Shown: positions 12,961 through 25,700, counted from the first letter of the stretch. The stretch: DNA of 64,000 nucleotides from Podarcis vaucheri (GCA_965113315.1 OZ220372.1), one strand, 5' to 3'. Translations and numbers: made by a program. The notes: generated from the sequence alone by a model not told the origin.

Positions 12961-13692
12961 CTAGAAACCATTTTAGCAAATGTCCATTGTCATATTGTTG
13001 TAATCAGATGAGAATAGCAAAAATGTAACTCTGCATAAGGATCCTGATGCAACAATGGACACTTGCAATATGAGCAAACGCCTACGAAAAAGTTACATTG
13101 GAATTCTCAGCCAAATACCTTTTCCAGGTGAATAGGATCCTAGAATCTGATGAGAAATGAAGAACCACAGCACATTTACTAGACGTAAGTACCACACATT
13201 ACAGTGTTGCACAAAAGTAAAAAAAAAACATTTAAATTTAGAAGTCGAGTGCAACGATTTTACTTCTGCAGTTTGTATACTGCTTGATCACAGTTCTCTC
13301 TAAGTGGTGATGCTCCCTTTATTTTGCTTCTGAGCAACTGTTGCTGCTAAGCACAATATAGCCTTACAACTGTGCAACAGTATCAAAAACTTACATAAAG
13401 CGTTATTAACAAAACACGACAATTTGGAGAAGCCATCCCGATGTCTTTGGGATGCCTACAAACAAGATGCGAGCATAACAACACATTTACTCTCGTTTCC
13501 TGGTGATCAATATTCGAAGCTGTGTTATATCTGATCGGATCCTTCAGGCCACAATACATCCAATATCACCTGAATACACAGACAGCCATGTCTGGGTAAA
13601 TGGGTAAAACTCAACAATGGGTAAAAACCCCTTTTAAAGCCGCCTAAAGTGGCAGCCATCACTACCTTCTTGTGGCAGCAAATTCCCTAGTA

Positions 13693-13906
13693 CAGTGGTT
13701 ACCTCAGGTTAAGAACTTACCGTAATTCGTTCTGGAGGACTTTTCTTAACCTGAGGTACCACTTTAGCTAATGGGGCCTCCCGCTGCTGCCACCCCTCTG
13801 AGCACAATTTCTGTTCTCATTCTGAAGCAAAGTTCTTAACCCGAGGTACTACTTCTGAGTTAGCGGAGTCTGTAACCCGAAGCGTCTGTAACCCAAGGTG
13901 CCACTG
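13693..13906. mobile_element. Tc1/mariner-type MITE, family A, copy 3
   Basis: TA|cagtggttacctc...aaggtgccactg|TA; same orientation as 9374. Confidence 0.85.
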
Positions 13907-14249
13907 TACTGAGTAGGGGCAGGGGGTGGGGATTAATTTTGGCTGCCTACCATTCAGCTTCAGTGGATGACTCTCCAGTTCTAGTGCATTATTAACAAAA
14001 CTGGGCAGATGTGCACAGAGAGAGAGAGAAGTATAAAGGACATGTGGGTATGCAAACAGTGGCGTCAAACAGAACAGGCATGCTGCCCCTTCACCTGTTG
14101 CGCAGAAGGAGGTCTGTTAGCTGTGTGTGTGTGTGGCAGGGTCAGTAAAACTGCAAATGCCACAACCCCCATTGCATTGTGGGAGGTGGACAGGGGCCTC
14201 TCCACTTAATGGGCTTGTCCGGCACAGCCACGAACCCGCGCGCGCCCAC

Positions 14250-14393
14250 CTTCTCAGCCTTGGCCAAGTAAAGCCAGAGGCGCCGCCAGGTGCTGAACTT
14301 CTTCCTCTCGCTGAAGTTAAAAGCCATGTCGGGGCTGGCGTAGCGCGAGACGAGAGGGGAGCGGTAGCGGCAGAAAGGATCCTCCTCGGCCAT
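14250..14393 (-). CDS. ADSL: ADSL coding exon 1 ([23 protein letters not shown]...[13 protein letters not shown])
   Basis: ATG in good Kozak context (accacgATGg), 144 bp, donor AAG|gtgggc; contains the YRSPLxSRYAS motif. Confidence 0.97.
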
Positions 14394-14770
14394 CGTGGTC
14401 CCGCGCAGGGAAGCGACACCCTCGAGAGAAGCAGCTGCAACCCGCAGGCGAAAGGGAGGCACTTGCCTCAGGACCCTAATAAAGGGAGCGGAGATGTCCC
14501 GCCCTCAGGCCCGCCCCCAACTCAACCTCACCTCCGGCGTCCCCTGCCCCCTTCCGACTCGCCCGTGACTGGACTGGGGCAAGGTCGGGGTCGCAGCGGC
14601 CCCTGCTGCTTGGGAGGCTGCATTGCAGCCCTCGCTCCCCTCAGAGTTAACTCTCCACGTATACTATTGTCCCTATTGGCTGCAACTCCCGAAGAAGTTT
14701 TGAGGGGTCTCGGCAAAATTCTTACTGAAAATAGCTTCCATTGTTGCCGTGGGGTTAGGGGACGCATATT
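14394..14770 (-). promoter_or_regulatory. ADSL CpG-rich promoter and 5' UTR
   Basis: Locally high GC and CpG; GC boxes cccgccc at 14498 and 14510; CCAAT on the minus strand at 14675-14679. Confidence 0.8.
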
Positions 14771-15461
14771 CCGTGTTAGGGATGGTTAGGAATAATGAAT
14801 GCATCGATTCCTTTATATAAGCTAGTGGGGAGCCCCTGGCATTTCCCTATTTTTAAAAAGAAAATATAAAGTATGGTGTGGCCCTGCTTAGAATATTGCT
14901 TGCCCCAGTTTATGATGGAGTTGGAAGAATTAGACATGGGTCTATTACAAAATGGTCTTAAGATCTCACAGCCCCAACTTTGTGTGGATATCTGGAGCAC
15001 TTATGTATTAACTTGCATGTTTAAGATTTGTGTACCAATGGTGATCTACCGTTGATTTTAGTATTATTTGTATACTATTTTTTCCCTCTTCTTTCTTCAA
15101 CTTTAATTTACCTTGTTTGCTTTTATCTTTTTTTCCTTTCCTTGTTACATTTGCAAATAAATAATAATTTATAAGGGGGTAGCTAAAATCAGCAAGAGAT
15201 AAGAGAATCTTCCATGTAAGCAAAGGCCCGAGAGATTAGATTTTAAGTAGTATCTGTATGAGCTGTCTTTGCATATGTTTATTAACATATGTAGTGTGGA
15301 CGGACTGATAACAGAAACGTCGTTACAGTAGAACTTGGACATTCCTTTGCAGGAACAGATTTGCATTAAATTCACAGAAGGCCAAAGGAAGTACTTCACA
15401 TAGCAAAATAAACTTGTGGAGTTTACTGCCATGAGTTATGGTGAGGACTACTAGCTTAGAT

Positions 15462-15821
15462 GGGACGCGGGTGGCAGTGGTCTAAACCACTGAGCCTAGG
15501 GCTTGCTGATAGGAAGGTCGGTGGTTTGAATCCCAACAATGGGGTGAGATCCCGTTGCTCAGTCCCAGCTCCTGTCAACCTAGCAGTTCGAAAGCACCTC
15601 AAAGTGCAAGTAGATAAATAGGTACTGCTCCAGCAGGAAGGTAAACGGCGTTTCCATGCACTGCTCTGGTTTCGCCAGAAGCGGCCTAGTCATGCTGGCC
15701 ACATGACCCGGAAAAACTGTCTGTGGACAAACATTGGGTCCCTCGGCCAGTAAAGTGAGATGAGCGCCACAACCCCAGAGTTGTCCGCGACTGGACTTAA
15801 CTGTCAGGGGTCCTTTACCTT
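15462..15821 (+). mobile_element. Sauria SINE (Squam1-type), full length
   Basis: tRNA-like head gggacgcgggtggc, body aagtagataaataggtac, (ACCTTT)n tail; 13-bp TSD tactagcttagat at 15449 and 15822. Confidence 0.92.
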
Positions 15822-16689
15822 TACTAGCTTAGATGGCTTAAGAGCAGAATGAGACAATTTGTGTGTAGGTCAAATCAGTTATTTGCCATTATAGCTATAC
15901 AGAAAGTATCTGTAAGTGGTCACACTACACTTCTGAGTACAAGATACAAAATATGACCCATCACCTGCTTTGCTTGGAAGCTTCCAGAAGCAGCTGGTTG
16001 GTCGCTGCTGGAAACCAAATCCCAGACAAGTCAGACCTTTGTCTGATGCAGGAAAATAATTATCGTGTATCACTCTCTTTGCAAATCTGTTGCACTTTTG
16101 ATTCCAGTGATTTTATACGGCAGTTATTTTCAAGGATTCAGCAAGTTCAGTACAGTATCTAGGATTCTGAATCTTAGGTAATTTTGTTTCCAGAGCTATG
16201 AAAGTGTGCTGTTCATAACTTGTCTTCTGATATGGCCATTCCTTGACAACTGACATCACTTATATGACCTTGTTATGTCAACAGCAGATTCATCATAACA
16301 GATTTGTAACCTTTTGTTTCTCCAAGGAGATTAAAGCAACAATTTTTGCTGTCACAGATCTGACTTGCTCAGGAGTACCTAATGAGTGTCACATCAGAGT
16401 GCAGGTTTATATTGGACTCTAGCAACTACATCACACTAGCTTTGCATACTTTCCCCCAGTGGTGAATAATAGCTTGCTTGGAGCAGTGTTTTGAAATACA
16501 AACCCTTTGTTAGAAGAAACAAGCATTGTCGTGTTCAAGTGTTGAAGAACAAGGAAGATGATAACCCATATGCTACCCTGAATATACTATAATGTACCAT
16601 CAAGAAAAATATCTTCAGTGTGAGTGGCATGGACAGGGGGAGAAGGGACTTTCCTAGCCACCTTGGGAGCTCTCACATAGCTAAAGTAA

Positions 16690-16781
16690 AAATAAAAAAA
16701 TTCCTTCCAGTAGCACCTTAAAGACCAACTAAGTTAGTTCTTGGTCTGAGCTTTCGTGTGCATGCACACTTCTTCAGATAC
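16690..16781 (-). mobile_element. Short Penelope-like element repeat fragment carrying a minimal hammerhead ribozyme motif
   Basis: gtagcaccttaaagaccaac...agctttcgtg...cacttcttcagatac is characteristic of reptile Penelope/Neptune repeats; flanked by direct repeat ctaaagtaa (16681, 16782). Confidence 0.75.
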
Positions 16782-16782
16782 C
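16743..16782 (-). ncRNA. Minimal type-I hammerhead ribozyme-like motif
   Basis: Minus strand GGUAU-CUGAAGA-A-GUGUG(CAUG)CACAC-GAA-AGCU-C-AGACC: core boxes, perfect stem II, palindromic stem III; one mismatch in stem I. Confidence 0.65.
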
Positions 16783-17310
16783 TAAAGTAAGTTATTTTGG
16801 GCGTTGCTGAATTCCCAGTTCATTTGGATTCCAGTATGGATTTGAGCTTTCCTCCTCCAATGTATAACAAACAAAGATATCAAGGGATTCACATCTTTCT
16901 GCTAAATAATGCTTGTAGTTTGCCCAGCCTGCACAGATATCTGAGAGTTGACAAGTAGGTTTGACAACTGTCCATCTGTCTGGTTTCCTTGGTAACCAGT
17001 AAAGCTCAATCAGATTCTAGAACCCTTGAATGTTCTCTGATACCAGAATAACAATGTGCTATTGTGATAAGCCAAGATGCCATTTCTCAATAAAAATAGC
17101 TGCCTCCAAACCTAGGAAAAATGTGTGTGCACAATTATTTACATGTCTGAGGAGATACTAAAGATAAAAATAATAAACTATCAATAGTTTATTGCTGCAA
17201 GACTGTGTAAATAGTGAGTATGAATTCCTGAAGGGAAAATGCACAGCCAATAAATTATAGTTAACAACTGCATTTTATAGACCAAATCAACAAACAAAAA
17301 TAAATTGACA

Positions 17311-17514
17311 NNNNNNNNNNNNNNNNNNNNNNNNNNNNNNNNNNNNNNNNNNNNNNNNNNNNNNNNNNNNNNNNNNNNNNNNNNNNNNNNNNNNNNNNNN
17401 NNNNNNNNNNNNNNNNNNNNNNNNNNNNNNNNNNNNNNNNNNNNNNNNNNNNNNNNNNNNNNNNNNNNNNNNNNNNNNNNNNNNNNNNNNNNNNNNNNNN
17501 NNNNNNNNNNNNNN
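17311..17514. other. Assembly gap (204 N)
   Basis: N run. Confidence 1.
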
Positions 17515-18825
17515 TTACACCATCTCTCAATTTCAATGAAATGACGACGACTTAATTCCTTATTACTCTCAACTTGTCACACTCCAATAAAACATCACCC
17601 TTTTGTTGGTTTGAAATCCAGCATGAGAAATACAGTACCTGCTATGGCAAAATACACATAAATGCAACATTTCAGCTTATTTGTACATTAGTAGAGTTTA
17701 AACATTTTATTGTCTTTTTAAGTGAAACAGTGATTTTAAGTACCACTATACTAAAATAAAAATAGAGAAGAGAGGGAGAAGGGGAGGGCAGCATGCCATG
17801 CAAGAGCACATAAAGTGCTGTGTTTCTGTGTCCATGTGAATTCCTAGGATAGAAAGTAAGCTGAAATAAAAGCACTATGGGGGAGGGGAGAGAACTAAGC
17901 AAACTCTAGCATGAAAACATATTGTGCCTTTTCCTATTTTCCACTATTCCACCATTCTTGGATGCCCAACTGACAAATAGAGATGGGTACGTTATTTCAA
18001 GTATAAGGAAAAATACTAATAGGTATCTTTGCAAAGAGCCTCAATACATGTATCCACTATTATGCCTGCTTGGGGGAAGGGACAGTGTTTCAGGCAATAG
18101 CATTTCAGCTGTACCTTCGTATTACCTATTTATGTGCAAAGTAGAAAAGCTGCCTTTTCTAATCAAGATGTTTTGGACATAAAATATTGTTTACTTCACA
18201 AATAAGGCTAGGTGGAGTTAAACTTCTTTCATTTTCCATTAAGACATTTTCCACTACATGGCTTGCTCACCAGAAATGAAGCATAATTCACTAAGTTGGA
18301 TATCCACAATTGGTCATTTTCCTGATCAGTTCTTTGTAAACATAGCCCCATAGGAGCTCTGAAATTAAAGCAGCATTTCAAGTCTCTGTCTAACCAGTGG
18401 ATGCTAAAGTAGTTCTAAACTCCACTGCTTTTTTCATCCCTCCCTCAAAAAAAAAAAAAGTTGTTTTAAAGGAAGCAGTGCATATGTATTAGCAGAGCAA
18501 AGCTGCTGTTTGCTTTTGTTAGGTGATCTGCACTTCAGTTTTCTTGCCCCAACTAGTGGAAGGTGGAATCATGAGTGAGCATTCGTATATGTATGCATGT
18601 ATCTACACACACACAAAAACAGAGATACAGATACAAATACAAATATACCTGCATCATGTTGAATTTGATCACTGTAGAACTTTTAATCACCTAACAGTTG
18701 TGGACAGAGCTGCTCCTTGGGGAGTAAAGGATGAAAAGGATTAAGGGAGTGTCCAATATGGAGACTTCAAATATAGAATGGAACCAAATCTTAGGTTTTC
18801 CAAGATCCGAATGCTGGGCTCAATA

Positions 18826-19524
18826 TGCACATCCCTGAGATGCACGTCTAAGATTGAAGAGAGAATGGTGTCCATAATAGATCAGAAAAGGGAGGAAGCA
18901 GCAAAGACTCCCTAACTATGGAATTTACCCCAAACCTCTTATTCCACCCCTCCTCCCAAAGATTTTGAGAAGGCTGTAAGGCATATTCACAAGCAGCTCT
19001 TATTAATGAACATTACTGTGTTTCCATGTTTTATTGGCATACAATGGCTTGTGTATATTGGGAATGAGGCAGCATATGTTTAACACACAAACAGGAAAGC
19101 AAGTTTGGATAGTGTCCCCATCTTTAAGCCAACAACTTGACAAATATTGTCGTTTTACAGAACTCATATAAACTACACAGCAATGTCTCCTTTCCCAAAT
19201 GCAGCAGATGTGCTGCCATTGTTAATCTAACAAAAAAGTCCATGTCTAATTAAAAGGGGGACATACAAAAGATGGCAAACTTTACATATTCCAATTCAAG
19301 AGGAAGTGTACTTTATTTTTAAAATGTGTCTGTTAAAAGACTGGCTTTTCTGTATGCTATATGTGGAACTCAAGGGAGATTTGTGAATAGTTCAGCTCTT
19401 TAGTTCCTTCCTTCTTGTTAAAAGTAGTTTAAAGTATTTGATGGCTTAGCAAGTAAAAAATAAAATACACTGTTTCCTCTCCTATTTCCTCTTTGCACAT
19501 CCCTGAGATGTACGTCTAAGACTG
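18826..19524. repeat. Pair of 31-nt direct repeats (18826-18856 and 19494-19524)
   Basis: tgcacatccctgagatgcacgtctaagattg vs tgcacatccctgagatgtacgtctaagactg, 29/31 identical. Confidence 0.95.
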
Positions 19525-19614
19525 GGAAAGGAGGTAGCCTGCTAGTTACACCTCCATATAATAATACTTATAAAAAGTACTTTTTCTTTGAAGCACTTCA
19601 CAAAAACCTGTAGT

Positions 19615-19790
19615 CAATCCTCACAAAACCCCTGTGAGGTAGGTAAGTATTATTATCCCCATTTTACAGATGGGGAAACTGAGGCAAAGGGTAAATGACT
19701 CTTGCCTAAGGCAAAAAGAGGGAAGAGTAAAGGCCAGGATTAGAACTCAGGAGTTTCAGCCTCATGATCCAGTCTTCAAACCACTAGGAC
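19615..19790 (-). mobile_element. MIR / CORE-SINE copy, sense within the TNRC6B 3' UTR
   Basis: cctcacaaaacccctgtgaggtagg...tattatccccattttacagatggggaaactgaggca is the reverse complement of the MIR core. Confidence 0.9.
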
Positions 19791-22700
19791 AAATGTAGGA
19801 ACAGTATAATCTCACTAAGTATGAAAGAGAATATACAAGGCCAGTTACACTAAAGGTAAATATGCACCACGAGGTATTCTGAGACAAAGAGCTGGAAACT
19901 TTCCCCTTCAACAAACAACAACAAAAAAGGCAATCTACCAGATAAGAATCCTGATAAGATCACATCTGCAAGGCAAGTATGCATGTGAGAATGAGCGGTC
20001 AAGGCTATTTATTATTCATTACAGTACTGTGAACATCAACAAAAAATTGCTGTGTGAGAAAAAAACACTGAATTATAGGTAGGAGAATTTCTTGGCTATG
20101 ATGATGCCAAGGTGAAATGAGGCAGATACCACAGTTCACAACACCCAAGGGAGACTTGTAAAGGAAACACACCTCCATTAACATGGGAAGCAGCCTCTAC
20201 ATTCGGAAAGTAAGGAAGTGAAATCTTTCTCCTTTCAAAGCAGCTTCTTGCCAGCAAAAGAATCCATGTAAATTTCCTCTTCTAGTCTCTATCACTCACC
20301 TCCATTTTATTAGTGGTAGTATTAGCTCAAAGAAGTCACAGGTGGTGACTAGCATGCAGTCTTCCTTGAACAGTTCTGATGAACATTAGAAGACAAGGAA
20401 TTGACTAATGCCAGTGCAGTATATATTCTACAGTAGTTCCAAGCTGGCATTGCTATTTTATGTTTCATCTGCGATGGGAATTGGTAGAAACTTTTAGGAC
20501 AGAGTTTTTGGAAATGCATGCAAGGAAAAGCCACATTGTAATTCTCCTGAGGAACAAGGGCAGTTGTAAAGGAGAAGAAGTTTTGGAGTAAATCCTTAAA
20601 GACAGTGCATGAGGTGCCATTTCCTGAGGTTGAACAAATGGAGGAGGTGCTATGTAGATAAATTCTCTCCTTGGGCTGTTTTGTGTCATGCTGCTGATCC
20701 TGGTCTAACACTGCATGGCAAGAAAGCACAGTCCTGTGAAACAGGCAGACATTACTTCATTTCTGAAGTTGATTTTAATTCCCTCCAAAAACAAATCTGC
20801 CTGGCAATCAAATAAGTCAACTTCTCAGAAGAGATGGGTTCCATTAAGTCCCCCCATGACATGAACCTCTTTCCTCCTACATCAGTGTTGGAATTCAATG
20901 GACACAGAAACATTTTCAACAGTTTCGCAGGACTCTCTTTTCCTCCCCCAAACCATCTCTTGCTGAATGCATAGTTTACAATTCACTTACAAGAAAAAGA
21001 AGCAATGCTGACCACATATGGGACCTTTTTTTGTTTGAAAAAGAAACAACCTCTTCTTAAAGTTCAGTATCAAAATTCACATTTGCATAATAATACATTT
21101 CAAGGCCATTAGAGAGGAATGAGAGCGAAGCAAGAAAGCTGCAGCATCTCTCCTCCCTTTGTCTTCCTGAATGGAGATGAAGAGAGCCTGCTAGAGCTTT
21201 CATTTGGGAAGGTTGCTGAGAGGTGCTACAGCAGCTCTTGATTTTGTACACCTTGCATTTGAGGTGGGGAGAAGAAGAGGTGGAATATATATGAAAAAAA
21301 ACAAAACAAATGAAAGTAGACACTGCAGATTCCCATGTTTAGCTACAAACAGCTTCAAAGAAACAAAGAATTACTTTTTGATTAAAAAACAACACTTCTT
21401 CCTCACCATTTCAAAAACATCTTATTTTCTTGTGTAATACCCTGTTCATTTAAATGGCAACAATAAGTGTGCTAGAAGTTATAGGGTAGATTTCTTTTTT
21501 TCTATTATCAGGACACTGATAGAGGGCAAAAGTGTGCCTACACCCAAGAATGGCAGAAGCTACAAAATACCTTCTTCTCTACATGCATAAATGTGTCTCA
21601 AACATCACTGCGTTTCATTTTCCAGTGCTTAAAAAAAAAAAAAAAGTTAAAGCAAGCCACATACACAAATGTAATAGGTACATAATACATATACGAATTC
21701 AACCAGCAACGGAGCACTAGCCTAAAAATGTCAACATGTGAATTACAACCCATCCACACCTGGATGCATCTGCCACACACAACTGCATACTGCGCAGCTT
21801 AGAGACCAGCCCCAAAAGACACTGTTTGTCAAAAGGTACCAGCAGGCTGGAATCTTTGCATTTGACCTTTAGAGAGAATAAACTGACTATCATCTCCCCC
21901 TGTCAAGCCCAAGTAGTCTTCTCGGACTGACAGTCACATACTCACAAAGGCACATTCAGAGATACCACATTTAACTTACTGCTTGTTCAAAACTAAAAAC
22001 AAAACACAACCCTAAAAACCCCCACAAGGGAATGTTAAGCGCTTATATCCCAAATCCCATACCTACTGACCCAGCAAGAAGCATCACAATGTATCACTTC
22101 ATGAGACCCTATTCTACCTTCAGAAGGTACATATTATGTTAAGAAGTTAACGCCTCTTTTTGCATAAATGTTTTTTTTTTCATTTTTGGCTTACACAATT
22201 TGGAATACAGCACACCCTCACTATAAAGCTCTGTTGTAAGGCTACTCCCTAAAGTAAGGCTGCTCTAACTTGGCTCCCTTTATTTCCTTTATGCCCTGCC
22301 CCTTCCCACCCAAACTTCAAAGCACTCAGCACTTAATATAAAAGGAGGGTGAGCCAGTCTGGCTGGGATAAGGAAGGAGAAGAAAAGCACTTGATATTCA
22401 CAACCATGCCACAAAAATTATTATCCAGCAAGCAAAGCAATCTTTATAAGGAGGACTCAATTAACCGCTGCATTTTCTAATACAGAAAGACAATATGCAT
22501 TTATTTTCTCTGATTAAAACATGGTAAGAAATGAGGAACTTTAGTTCTTTGAATGCATTAACTGGCATACTATTACCTAAGATGAGGCACTAAGCGCTTA
22601 AAAAAACACACCACTTCTTGCTCGACACTGTCCAACTGTGTTGTTTATCCATGGAACATTTCTCCATATTCTTATTTTATTTTGCTCCATGGACAGCTAA

Positions 22701-25700
22701 TCATATGTCAAAATATACCCACAGGCTGCCTGGCACAATGCTTTAACTTCAATAACATGGATTTGTGTTTAAATGGATGGTTGTCAGGCTCAAGTAAAAA
22801 CACATTCAAACTCTATGGCTAAAAAAAATGCATTTTAAAAAAAGACAAGGGTATATATAACTCTAGCTATCACCACTGCCAAGTACACGAAGAAACTGGC
22901 TCTTAGTTGAGGTTGATTCTTTTGATCCTTCTATGGCCCATGTCTCTGAGAAATTTGTAAATATATGCCATACTGCACAAACTTAAGAAGCAGGTATGTT
23001 GACACTGTCCCATATCACACATTTGGTAATGTCTATGGTGCCTGTTAAATATCCTCTCAGCCATGTGAAACTGTTTATCTGTATCTGACATGGCCATGGA
23101 GAACAGTTAAAGGGCACTTAGGTTGGTCTGACAACTGCTAGCATCTGATGAGGCCTGACAGCCAGAAGATCAGGTTAGAATTTTGTTCCCTATTGTAGCA
23201 TAAGAGGGGAATAATCCTTTTAATTTGGCGACTGTTTGTATACATTTTAGCAATGTTCTGAAGGAGGATAAAAGCTATCTTCATCACAAAATTTGTTTAT
23301 TTTACTCCTTTCACCCATCCTTAAGAGCACTACAGAATTTTCTTAGAAATTTACTAATTCATAACAGATCAAAACTGTATGACCAAATTGTATGGATCAG
23401 AGTCAATATATACTTTTAAAAAATCAGCAAAGTTTTAAATCTTTGAGAGGGATTGCTACAGTAGGAAAATCTGCAAAATATTATTGGAATAAAGAATAAA
23501 CAACATTACATCTTTGCTGATTAAGCCTTGTATTCAACAGGTGTAACTGTTACTACCAAATCATCAATCTACATAATGCTCCCAATATCATTAGCATATC
23601 ATAACATGGAGACTAATCAGCATTCAAATGAACAGCTGTAGCTTTGTGGAAAATTAGGGAAACCAGTAATATAGATTTTATCCATCTTCCTTCAGTCAGT
23701 ATCGCTCCAATCAATGCATGCCTTGGAAAGCATGTATTCATTTCAGAATGCATCATTTTAACTGCACTTTGGGTAGCATTTGTACTATATGCAGAGTGTT
23801 TTTGCTGTTGCATATTTATAATGAAGGAACAATACAGCTAAACTAAACAGAACCATCTCGGGGGAGAACAGAGTATCTCAATTAGACAATACTATAAAAA
23901 AAATAAAGGTGAGTGATTTGAACACTACTATTTGGATGACAGTGAAGATCAGGTAAATTTGCCATGGCAGTGGAGGACAGAATAGAAAGAGGTGTTAATA
24001 CTTGTTACACTTGCCAGTTCAAATGCCTGCTCTGTCTGTTTATATTCACTAATTTATTTTTAAAATTTCCAAAGGTAAGGTGAAGAGTTTTGCTTTGGCT
24101 AAGTGGCAGAGTAAAACATGCTTTTAACATATTCCTTTACAAAGGGAACCCAAGAGTGAAGGAAAAGCTCACTCTATCCACTTTATACGGGTGCACTGGA
24201 AAAGACTGTAACCTTCCGAGAATGGTTCAGCATGGCATAATAAGCAGCTTTCTGGGAATAGTACTATTATAGGAAAGGTGTTATCGCAAGACCCATCCAA
24301 TTAGATGCTGGTTCTGGCAGTAGGTTCATATAGGCCATATATTAAAAGAGTGAATAGAACCAAAATAGGGCTATTTTTTAAGGTGGGCATGTGCATTTAA
24401 AATATACAACTAAAAAGGAGGACAAAACATTGATATGGACTGTTTCTCCTTTTCATGGAGGGAGCAACTTTATAAGAGAAAACAAAAAATTTGACACGTG
24501 GCTTCAAGCTGCGCAGGGTGCTCTGGCAATCTGAAGAGGTCTCCAACACCCCATGAGACCTATTGCCTTTGTGTGTGTGTAGAACATACATGAAAATATA
24601 GTAACACCACCCACAAAACAGCTGCAGAAAACATTTTCTCAAGTATAGTTTAGTGCTTAGTTCCCAAAAGTATCATCCTCACTGGCCAGAGAACATAGCA
24701 GATTCAAAACATAAAAGGTGTTTGGAAACCTGTATTGCTATGGTCCAAAGGGCTGATTAAACATTCCAGGTATTCATCAGGGATGGAAGGTTGCCAAGAT
24801 TGATATTTTAGTTCACTTCTTCAAAAATATGACAAACTTCAATATGCATAGGTTGAAATGTTGAGAGGCAAAGGATGCTTTAAATATGACAGTTACACAT
24901 TTACCTTTCTACCTTCTTCAGCAGTTGTCAGCCAAGTAACAGGCTTTTGTAATTTTCGACTTAAAAAAAATTATAGGGGGAAATAAGTCAAAGCCTCTGA
25001 TAAAATGTTCAGATAAATAACTTCCTTTAAAAAAACAAAAGGGGGCTCCTCTCACTGGCCTATCACACTAGGAATCAGTTGATGCATTTTTTTTCAAGGT
25101 GCAATTTGGGAAACAATTCAACACACAACTAAAGAACACACAACTGATGTCACAGAAAACCAGGTATTACTTCACACTTCTATTTGAAGAGTAGTTCAAA
25201 ACAAGAAAGTAGTAATGCATGAAAATTGCCCTTAGATTTCAAAGAAAAATGTTTACATGTACGTTATTTTATATGTAACTCTTTGCACGGCAGGCCTTTG
25301 AGGCTTCTATTCAGCATGCTCAGAGAAATGCTTTTTGTTTTAGAAAAATGGGTTCATTTGTTTCCTTGGAGTGACTAGACTGCATATGTCTTTTGTAGGA
25401 TGCAAGGATGTATTACAAAGGCACTAAAGCGGCTTGTTATTTTCATTCTAACAAAAATGCTTCAAGCACATTAAGTCCTTCTCTCTTTGTGCTGGAAGCT
25501 CTGAGCTATCCATCCCAGGAAAAAGCTGCAGTAAACTGGTTCTTAAGAATGGGAGTCCCAGTAGCTGGCAGCAGCAGTTAATATATCTTACCTCCAACCC
25601 ACTTCCCAAAATTTCTCACTTACACATCTCTGGTTGATAAATGGAAAAAGCAAACAAAAAAAATCTTCAAAATGATTAAAATACACCAAGCCATTTTTCC

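Noticed and set aside
14127-14789. 220-aa plus-strand ORF over the ADSL promoter
   Set aside because: GC-rich shadow ORF antisense to exon 1, low complexity, no recognisable homology.
17261-17544. ORFs spanning N runs (also 28878-29158)
   Set aside because: Artefacts of translating assembly gaps.
18826-18846. Smaug recognition element (CNGG loop) in the duplicated hairpin
   Set aside because: The stem register gives a UCAGG loop; CAGG cannot be closed by a continuous stem.
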